The notes under the pieces: generated by a model
What the model was told of the DNA's origin: nothing
Seen by the model: only the letters and a program-made list of their open reading frames with translations
Databases searched by the model: none
From: an uncultured virus (IMG/VR IMGVR_UViG_3300042691_032560)
Lineage: Duplodnaviria > Heunggongvirae > Uroviricota > Caudoviricetes
Virus record (IMG/VR): IMGVR_UViG_3300042691_032560
Strand: one strand, 5' to 3'
DNA: 64,000 nt
Shown: positions 56,278-64,000 of the stretch, piece after piece
Layout of the letters: each line of letters starts with the position of its first letter
How positions within the stretch are numbered: position 1 is the stretch's first letter
Translations under genes and position numbers: made by a program

Positions 56278-58683
56278 TTAAAAATCGAACTTTATCAAAA
56301 ACTGCTGTAGTCCTGTTCTTAAAACAGGTGATTGCATTTTTGATATAATCATAAGATTTTTATCTAAATCGTAAAGGCCAATGTCAGTTATGTACGAAGA
56401 CGTACCTGGTGTCCAAGTCGGGTTACTTGTATTTTGGAAATCCGCAGACCCCAAGTTAACCTTATATCTCATTTCATATATTGTTGCTTGTATATCTGTT
56501 TCTAATGAACCGTAGAAATAATATTCATCTCCAAAATTTAAAGTAATCCCTGTTGGATTAATTGGTACCAATGGTATATAATCATTTAAATCGTAATAAG
56601 CCGCCCCATTGTATTCATCATTTGTAATTGTAAATGTTACACTTGACATACCATTTGATGTTATATAATTATTTACCAAATAAGAGGATAAATCGGACGT
56701 TTTATCAATAATTCTCCATTCGGATGAATTTGGTCTAGTATCTCCTGTTACTTTTTGAACTAAAACATAAAATCCGTCGGCAATAAATCCATTAACATCC
56801 GCAGGACTTTCTTCAGGAGTATTCAAACAATTAAATTCATTACCAAATCTAATTGCTATGTTCTGAGAACCTGAAGTTGAACAATCTAAGTTTGGTCCTT
56901 GTATTCTCACATAGTAATTACAATGTAGGAAGTTAGTAAACGTACTACTATTAGTTAATAGATACGTCACATAAACATATTCCGTATTAGCACTTAACAA
57001 TCCGACATCTGATTCTCCTTCCGTATTACAAGTATTTGGTGTTATCAGTGTTACTCGAGGAGCCGGTAATGTCCAATTTCGATTAGATTTGTATGACATT
57101 GCAGCTATTATCTCTTCATCATCAATAATTATAATTTTGTCATCAGGAAACACTTTACCAATTCTACTTGGATAACCATCAGAATTAGGATTTTCATCCC
57201 AAAGATGGAAATATCTTAATCCAGGTGTGTTCATATCACTATTTTTAGTAGATTGTAAATATTGTACTTGGAAAAGGTCTAATCCATCGAAGTTAGGTGG
57301 GTCAACCCAAAAAGTTTGTCCACTACAACATTCGGGGGATTTGTGCCACATTAACCATGGTATATGTAATCTAAAATTTCGAGCCTCTCCAGTTGTATCT
57401 ACGGGATTAGTGTCATCATGAGGTCTCATTGCAAATTTTTCACCATAGAAGAAATCAATTGTATAGTTAGTATAATGTATGATAGCAATTGCCTTTTGGT
57501 CTTTTGGTAAAACAGTTTGTCTTTCATCAAATGAATTATAGAAAAATACATAACTACTATCTGTCTGACCCGAATCTGAAGCATACCCATAATATTCTTT
57601 CGACCCTAAGTACTGTTTTGAACCAAACCCCGTATAATCAACATATGTACTTGAGATTAAACCAGCCGGATTTTCTGACCAAGGAATATTCATATTCCAA
57701 ATTCTTACATCTTTTTGGTCAACATCACAAACCGATTCAAAATTAATAACATCGTCATTCCAATGAGGTCGTGGTGTTGTACTATCATACAACTGAGTCA
57801 TACCTGATGGGTAAATCATGATTCTACCATAACAACCATTTAGGAAGTAATCAAAGTTTGGTAGAGGTCTATCAAGTTCTATAGTGTTATTACAGAAAGA
57901 AATTATTCTATAAGTTAAAATCGGATAACAATTTGTCATAGACATGACACACTGTGTTGGTTGTGGTGGAGTACAAACTACTCTAGGTGGTGTTGGTAAA
58001 CACGGGGTACCCGATGGTGTGGGTGTTGGTTTTGGGGTTTCACATGGGTCACATGTATAGCAAGGTTCTGCGGCAGGTGTTGCCGATGGTGTTGGTGTTG
58101 GTGTAGGAACTATTTCACAACTACAATTTCCCTCACCAACTCCATTAAAATATATAGTAACAATATCACCGGCTTGTGGTAATCTACAAATACTCTCATT
58201 ACATGAATCATAGATTACTCCATAAGTTGTTCCTGTTCCACCTGTTAAAGTGGTCATATCGATAATGTAATTTGTATTAATAGATATATCAGAACTAGTT
58301 AAAGCGCTCCAAACTAATGGGTCTTGAGTTAAATCGGCGTAAAAAAATCCTCGTAAAGCCGCGGTATTAAAAACATCACTTATTTTAGAATCCATAAATG
58401 GAATTCCATATGTATTCCCTTGTGAACCACTAACATAGTAAGGGTATTTAACATATTGTTTATTAGATTCAGGAACCCCAGCCGAATTTTGGGAATTGAA
58501 CCCGGGTTCTAAAATCATTGTATCGAATTGATTATATGTGTCAGGTAAGGTATTATATGTTACCTCACTATCACCAATTTGGAAATAGGATATATTAAAA
58601 TTACCCTGTGATAATTTTTTCCTACCTGTATCAGTAAGTCTTGAATTTATTAAACCTGAAGTATTTTTAATTATGTATCCCAT
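56278..58683 (-). CDS. putative tail/baseplate structural protein
   Basis: N-terminal LTDTGRKKL..FQIGDSE and C-terminal ITDIGLYD...ISKM..P resemble tail-collar-type domains; TATTTAT 58695-58689. Confidence 0.45.
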   Translation of the reverse strand: MGYIIKNTSGLINSRLTDTGRKKLSQGNFNISYFQIGDSEVTYNTLPDTYNQFDTMILEPGFNSQNSAGVPESNKQYVKYPYYVSGSQGNTYGIPFMDSKISDVFNTAALRGFFYADLTQDPLVWSALTSSDISINTNYIIDMTTLTGGTGTTYGVIYDSCNESICRLPQAGDIVTIYFNGVGEGNCSCEIVPTPTPTPSATPAAEPCYTCDPCETPKPTPTPSGTPCLPTPPRVVCTPPQPTQCVMSMTNCYPILTYRIISFCNNTIELDRPLPNFDYFLNGCYGRIMIYPSGMTQLYDSTTPRPHWNDDVINFESVCDVDQKDVRIWNMNIPWSENPAGLISSTYVDYTGFGSKQYLGSKEYYGYASDSGQTDSSYVFFYNSFDERQTVLPKDQKAIAIIHYTNYTIDFFYGEKFAMRPHDDTNPVDTTGEARNFRLHIPWLMWHKSPECCSGQTFWVDPPNFDGLDLFQVQYLQSTKNSDMNTPGLRYFHLWDENPNSDGYPSRIGKVFPDDKIIIIDDEEIIAAMSYKSNRNWTLPAPRVTLITPNTCNTEGESDVGLLSANTEYVYVTYLLTNSSTFTNFLHCNYYVRIQGPNLDCSTSGSQNIAIRFGNEFNCLNTPEESPADVNGFIADGFYVLVQKVTGDTRPNSSEWRIIDKTSDLSSYLVNNYITSNGMSSVTFTITNDEYNGAAYYDLNDYIPLVPINPTGITLNFGDEYYFYGSLETDIQATIYEMRYKVNLGSADFQNTSNPTWTPGTSSYITDIGLYDLDKNLMIISKMQSPVLRTGLQQFLIKFDF

Positions 58684-58709
58684 TTCTTATAAATATACCA
58701 TTTGTTTTT

Positions 58710-61331
58710 TTATATACCTGGTGATGTAGTCGCTGGTTTAGATGGTGTAGGAGTTGGTGTTGGGGTTTTAGTTGGTGTTTGACTTATAGGTGGTGGAGAA
58801 TCCTGATTTGACGTTTTACAGTTACTACACCCATTAATTCTTAAGTTTGATAAAGAATATAATTCGTTATTTTCGGCAAGATAACAAGGGTATTTACCAT
58901 TCTTAACATTAGTAACCGTTGTGGTTATAATAATATTATCACCATATGTAACTGATAAATTATACCAATCATTAGTTGTTGCAGTAACATAAACTAAATT
59001 TGACTGACAAGATAAAAGTGTGTTAGAGTAAGTATAATTACCTGTTATAGTATCATCAATTGAAATTTCTTCATTATTTTTCAATAATATTGTTCCGAGG
59101 GTTAACGAAGACGCCGATTCTGAAGGAGATACTTTATAAACATCATTGTGAGTTAGATTAAAGTTTATTGTAACACCGCTAGGTAATGGCGGTGTGACTT
59201 TTAATGTTGTTGTATATTCCACAGTTGTCGTAGTGACGGTATTTACTGTTCGTCTAGATGTAGTGTTCAAAGAAACCTCATATGTTACTATCTGTGGTGG
59301 TTTTTGTAATATTATACTTTGTTTAATTATTAAACCATTAACATCCTTAACTGTAACGACATAAGTTCCAAATTTTAAATTTGAAAAAATTGGAAAATTT
59401 TGATACGTTGTTCCGTTATCTATGGAATATTGATATGGGGGATTACCTCCTTCGACTTCTAAAACTATACCCCCGTCACTATCTGAAATTGGGTCATTAT
59501 ATGTAACAACCATTTTTAGATTACCTTGTGAATTACAATTTCCATCGGTAACAAAAAGATTATAGTATCCATTAGTGTTGTAATAACCAAATGGTCCCAA
59601 ATAAACATTATTATAATTTATAGCGTCATTAGTTGCAACTGAATCCAACCCATCTGTAACCCATTGATTATTCACATTATCATAATATATAGACCATGTT
59701 CCGACATTACCACAAGGTAATTGTCCTGACCAACTTTGTTGTCCATTAATTAATTCACCTGACACTAATTCAATACTTTCAGTTTCACATAAATCAGAAA
59801 TAGTAGCACAAATAGTAGAACTAAAACAATTATCATATGTAATTATCGCCTCTCCATTTTTACCATTAACAAACCACTGATTTGTGGGGGGAATTGATGG
59901 GTTAGAATTAATTAAAGTAAATGTTGCGTACTCAGGTAATCCCTGTAAAATCCAAGATGAATTTTGTGAGTTCTCACTCCATGAGATTTGGTATTGGTCT
60001 AAATTGTCAATCCACATTGGTTTACCATTTGCTTCCCCATATTCATTAAAATAAATTTTATATGGCTGTGTTGCGAAAGAATCTACATTAATCGTCATAC
60101 AAAAATTACCGTTGTTTTGACAATCTCCAACAACACCATTTGCAATCCCGATACCAGGATTTAACCATTCCCAACCATTTAATGGTGGATAACTAGGGTC
60201 ATAGTTAACTAAGTCACCGGCAGTTATAGGACCGTCTAACATCCATCTTAAAGAATCGGTATAAAAAACTAAATCATATACCCATTCTCCATTTGCATCA
60301 TATCCCTTGTAAGCCGGTATTCCACCTGTATATGGTAAAAAAGGTTCAAATTGAATCTTAAATATCTGACCATCAATATTAACTGTTAAACAGAAATTAG
60401 ATGGATTTGGGACCGGTGTCGGCATTGGTAATTGTCCAACTGAACATGCATTTGAAACAGTAAAATCACCATAATAATCTGTAACCGTGTATCTATAGGA
60501 ACCTGAGATTAAATTATTGATAATTGGAGTTGAATACCCGTTATCCCAACTTATCGTATATGGAGGAGTTCCTCCACTTATTAATAATTCTATCGAACCG
60601 TCATTCCCACCATATGTTGACACATTAGTTACAGAACATAAAACCGACAATGGACTTACAGTTATAACTTGACATTCGTTAACTAAAACATAATTAACTC
60701 CACATCCTGTATCAGCGGTTAATGGACTTATCGGTGTTGGTGTTGTATAAATTGGTTGTGAATAACAGGGTTGTGTGCTTCCAGTACAAGTATTACATCT
60801 ATCGTATTGGGTTGTTAAATCAACTGAGTTATAAATAACTGAACTACTAGGTATTGGCCCTTCAATTACCGTTGCACATCCACTAAATTGTGGTGATTCT
60901 AAATAAAAAACACTATCAATGTAACCATAGTATTCAAAACTTTGTAATCCAATAAAATTTTCAGGTTGACTTTCTTTGGGGCAACAAAATTCAAAATAAG
61001 TTGGTGGACATTCTGAAAACCAATCAGTTTCAAATGATGTTGAATTAGTTAAACAACCATAACTTAATAGTGAAACATTTTCCCATTCCAAATAAGTTCC
61101 GTTTGGATGAACCCTATCGAATGGTAAATAACTTATATTTTGATTGGTAGATAAATCTTGGACAAACCAACTATTATCATCAGGACTCCAATAAATCCAA
61201 CCATTAATTAAATTACCATTGTAAGTTATTGAAAAGAAATACTGAGGTCTACCATTATACATCCCGTCTTGAGATGCTTGAATTTGACCAAAACATTCAG
61301 ATGTTATATATAGACCACAAAAAGCCGTCAT
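58710..61331 (-). CDS. putative virion surface protein with SprB-like repeats
   Basis: GSIELLISGGTPPYTISW and GGNPPYQYS repeats; Cys modules. Confidence 0.6.
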   Translation of the reverse strand: MTAFCGLYITSECFGQIQASQDGMYNGRPQYFFSITYNGNLINGWIYWSPDDNSWFVQDLSTNQNISYLPFDRVHPNGTYLEWENVSLLSYGCLTNSTSFETDWFSECPPTYFEFCCPKESQPENFIGLQSFEYYGYIDSVFYLESPQFSGCATVIEGPIPSSSVIYNSVDLTTQYDRCNTCTGSTQPCYSQPIYTTPTPISPLTADTGCGVNYVLVNECQVITVSPLSVLCSVTNVSTYGGNDGSIELLISGGTPPYTISWDNGYSTPIINNLISGSYRYTVTDYYGDFTVSNACSVGQLPMPTPVPNPSNFCLTVNIDGQIFKIQFEPFLPYTGGIPAYKGYDANGEWVYDLVFYTDSLRWMLDGPITAGDLVNYDPSYPPLNGWEWLNPGIGIANGVVGDCQNNGNFCMTINVDSFATQPYKIYFNEYGEANGKPMWIDNLDQYQISWSENSQNSSWILQGLPEYATFTLINSNPSIPPTNQWFVNGKNGEAIITYDNCFSSTICATISDLCETESIELVSGELINGQQSWSGQLPCGNVGTWSIYYDNVNNQWVTDGLDSVATNDAINYNNVYLGPFGYYNTNGYYNLFVTDGNCNSQGNLKMVVTYNDPISDSDGGIVLEVEGGNPPYQYSIDNGTTYQNFPIFSNLKFGTYVVTVKDVNGLIIKQSIILQKPPQIVTYEVSLNTTSRRTVNTVTTTTVEYTTTLKVTPPLPSGVTINFNLTHNDVYKVSPSESASSLTLGTILLKNNEEISIDDTITGNYTYSNTLLSCQSNLVYVTATTNDWYNLSVTYGDNIIITTTVTNVKNGKYPCYLAENNELYSLSNLRINGCSNCKTSNQDSPPPISQTPTKTPTPTPTPSKPATTSPGI

Positions 61332-61332
61332 T

Positions 61333-63999
61333 TTATGTGAAATTAGTTGTTACATAAGTGTTTATTTGTGACATGATAAATGTGTTAGTAGTTACAGGTG
61401 GTTCTATTATAAATTCAGGTGTTAATGTGTATGGTGAAGTTGTTAAAATAGAATAGACTTGATAATTACCCAAATCGACTAAATAAAATACCGAATCATA
61501 TTCATACATTGTGTACCCTATAGTTGCTGGAAGGTTAATTTCAACTAAAAGATTACTTACCGAATCATACTGTCTAATATACTGGAATCCATCAATATCA
61601 TGTGTCAATACTATTGTATTACCTGATAAATTAATAAGTAAAGTATTATCAACAACCGTAAATGGAACCGTACTCAAGAAAATACCATTGGCAACATTTC
61701 CGTTTATTAGGTCAATTGAAGAGATGTATTGTGATGAATCATTACCTCCATATAATGTGGTAGAATTCACATAAGTTAATGCTCGACTAATTGTTGAACT
61801 TAAATTAATTTCTCTGTTAAATGTAACTATATAAGGTATTAAGGATATTACATCATATTCGAAAATACTATTTCCAGTGTCATTTAAAACCCATAATTTA
61901 CTATTATCAGGACTTCTTGTTGCACCTAAAATAGACGTATATTTATCGCTCTCGGGCAATTCTAAGAAAATTCTGTTTTGAGGGTCAAATCCATAGATTC
62001 CATAATCCATGACAACATATGGGAAGAATGGTAATACTGAAGCACCATCACAACTTTCACACGTTATATCATAATCTATCTGTACTGAAACTTGTATTGG
62101 AAAATCAATTAGTGATACATTTTGGTCTCCACATCCTGTATTAATAACTACTTGATTTGTATTAGAATTAAAAATAACATTATCAATACCATCATATGTT
62201 AATAATATTTGTTCGACAACTGTATAAAAATCATTATCAAATGGAAAATCATTTAATGACTCAGTAGTATAGAATTGCGCGGTTGATGTTATCCCACTTA
62301 AGTTAACTATGGCAGTAAAAATAGCTTGATTAAGTACGCAATTATTATCACCATATGTTAAATCATAAAAACCTTCTAATAACATTTGTTGGAGTCCTTT
62401 CTTAAGAACTTCACCACTATTGGATAAATCACTGTCACAAACATTGTAAATTTGATATGACGAAATTAAGTTAGTTCCTCCAACATCAAGACTTCTTGTT
62501 TGGGCACATCCATTACCATCGGTAACCGTGACATCATATGTGCCTGCAGACAAATTAGTTAAAGTTTTACCGGTTTGACCTCCAACATTATCACTCCAAA
62601 CTATTTCAAAGGGAGGAGTCCCTTGAGTAATATACAAATCAATTTTACCGTCAACACCATCTTTAGTTTTTTTAGTTAAATAATTAAAATTGACTTTATT
62701 ACCGCTACCGACATAAACATTAGTAGTTTGTGTACATCCTGATGAATCGATAACTTGTACTAAATAGGAACCCTCATCCAAATACTCAAAAACCATTTCT
62801 TTTTGATTTTTAGTGACTGACGGTTTTCCTGTTATTTGATAAGTATACGGAGATACACCATCCCCAACTACTTCAATACCAACACTACCATATTCATTAC
62901 TACAAGTAATATCATAAACATTAGTATTAATTTGAAAACTATTTACACTTCCAATTGTAACCGTTTCTTCAAATGTACATGGGCCTAAGTCACTAATTGA
63001 TAAAGTATATTCACCCTCATATAAATTAGAAAATATTTGTGATTGATTTTGAGTAGTGTAGTTTGTAGTTTTTCCATTTTGGTTAGTCAATACATACGTA
63101 TAAGGTGGTGAACCACCAACTAATCTTATCGAAACTGTTCCATTGTTTAAATCACAAGTTGCGGTTGTGGTGTTTACCGATACAACATTAAGCCCTTTAG
63201 GGGATAAAAGTGAAAAATTAGTCGTCACAACGCATGTTCCAGCATCGGTAACCGTCATAGTATAATCTCCGGCGGAAAGATTAGGTATTGTTATACTGGT
63301 TAAAAAACTTACATTTGTTATACCATTAGAAAGTTGGTAGTTATATGGAGGAGTTCCTCCACTAATAATATATGTAAGTTGACCGTCACTACCATAGCAA
63401 GATGGCGCGGTTTGTAGATTAGTAACATAAGATAACCTAGGCACTTTGTTTACCGTAGTACCTTTTTTTAATTCGACTGAATCTTTATCGGTAACCGAAA
63501 CTGTATAACCACCAGCACTTAACCCACTAATTGATGATGTTGTTTGTCCATTATTCCATAGATAAGTATATGGACCGTTGCCTGTTAGTCCTGTTATAAA
63601 AATTTTACCATTATTTATGTTACATCCTGATTCATTAATAACATAAAAACCGTAATCAAATGTAGTTGAACTTTTAATAATTACAGTTTCAGATTGACCT
63701 GTACATCCTCCTCCGTCGTCAGCAATAACGTAATATGTTGACGCAGATAATGAATCAAATATAAAATAATCAAAAAATGAATTCCCTGAAGTTATATATC
63801 CATTATAATAATCATATAAATAAAAACTACTAACATTATAGAAATTTGATGTTTGGGCAGTTATCGAGCCATTATTCGTATCGTATGAAGTATTAGATAT
63901 ATCAATACAGGTAACAGTAGTTCCGCTTGAAATGTAGGCTGACCCTATATTTGGAGTTCCAGCGGTCAAACAAGAATCAATTACCTCAAATACATATGT
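61333..63999 (-). CDS. SprB-repeat protein with a C-terminal propeller-like domain (5' partial)
   Basis: tandem GG.PPY.Y...L.AG.Y.V.VTD..GC repeats; frame stays open to the window edge. Confidence 0.7.
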   Translation of the reverse strand, partial: TYVFEVIDSCLTAGTPNIGSAYISSGTTVTCIDISNTSYDTNNGSITAQTSNFYNVSSFYLYDYYNGYITSGNSFFDYFIFDSLSASTYYVIADDGGGCTGQSETVIIKSSTTFDYGFYVINESGCNINNGKIFITGLTGNGPYTYLWNNGQTTSSISGLSAGGYTVSVTDKDSVELKKGTTVNKVPRLSYVTNLQTAPSCYGSDGQLTYIISGGTPPYNYQLSNGITNVSFLTSITIPNLSAGDYTMTVTDAGTCVVTTNFSLLSPKGLNVVSVNTTTATCDLNNGTVSIRLVGGSPPYTYVLTNQNGKTTNYTTQNQSQIFSNLYEGEYTLSISDLGPCTFEETVTIGSVNSFQINTNVYDITCSNEYGSVGIEVVGDGVSPYTYQITGKPSVTKNQKEMVFEYLDEGSYLVQVIDSSGCTQTTNVYVGSGNKVNFNYLTKKTKDGVDGKIDLYITQGTPPFEIVWSDNVGGQTGKTLTNLSAGTYDVTVTDGNGCAQTRSLDVGGTNLISSYQIYNVCDSDLSNSGEVLKKGLQQMLLEGFYDLTYGDNNCVLNQAIFTAIVNLSGITSTAQFYTTESLNDFPFDNDFYTVVEQILLTYDGIDNVIFNSNTNQVVINTGCGDQNVSLIDFPIQVSVQIDYDITCESCDGASVLPFFPYVVMDYGIYGFDPQNRIFLELPESDKYTSILGATRSPDNSKLWVLNDTGNSIFEYDVISLIPYIVTFNREINLSSTISRALTYVNSTTLYGGNDSSQYISSIDLINGNVANGIFLSTVPFTVVDNTLLINLSGNTIVLTHDIDGFQYIRQYDSVSNLLVEINLPATIGYTMYEYDSVFYLVDLGNYQVYSILTTSPYTLTPEFIIEPPVTTNTFIMSQINTYVTTNFT

Positions 64000-64000
64000 T

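Noticed and set aside
43190..63999. Diversity-generating retroelement acting on fibre genes
   Set aside because: No reverse transcriptase, and no template/variable repeat pair differing only at adenines, was seen.
1..64000. Stop-codon reassignment
   Set aside because: Genes are full length and densely packed under the standard code, with TAA, TAG and TGA all used as stops.
1..64000. Cellular chromosome or eukaryotic giant virus origin
   Set aside because: Host-like genes (smpB, dnaJ, trxA, sigma) are scattered among phage-type genes without cellular operons; peptidoglycan enzymes and sigma70 indicate a bacterial host. No capsid or terminase gene is in the window, so phage identity remains inferred.

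Overview
This 64 kb window is AT-rich, gene-dense and uses the standard genetic code. It is most consistent with part of a large (jumbo) tailed phage infecting Bacteroidota. Host evidence: TTTG-N19-20-TAnnTTTG promoters, an Hc1-like histone, a sigma70 lacking region 1.1, and signal peptides ending in Gln. Layout: (1) 1-20 kb, short cassette-like genes on alternating strands (CYTH, DoxX, YkuD-like Cys peptidase, ferritin-like, SmpB, DUF192, DHH phosphoesterase, DNA methylase, a degenerate MetK-like protein, Grx/Trx, GIY-YIG). (2) 20-43 kb, mostly minus strand (PcfJ-like, DUF932, LRR, Dam, DnaJ, Hc1, probable head proteins, a candidate lysis cluster, sigma factor, SbcC/SbcD, SLT, PD-(D/E)XK nuclease, primase). 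(3) 43-64 kb, large Cys-rich, Thr/Pro-linker fibre-like proteins with an embedded trypsin-like protease, a RuvC-like resolvase and SprB-repeat proteins. Top leads: a candidate promoter- and terminator-bounded small RNA beside smpB that resembles the Bacteroidota 16S rRNA 3' (anti-SD) tail; a catalytically degenerate SAM-synthetase homolog; and a TATTTAT motif that co-occurs with an N-terminal [IL]-x-E leader on many unrelated proteins. All family calls come from motif recognition by eye; no database searches were run.
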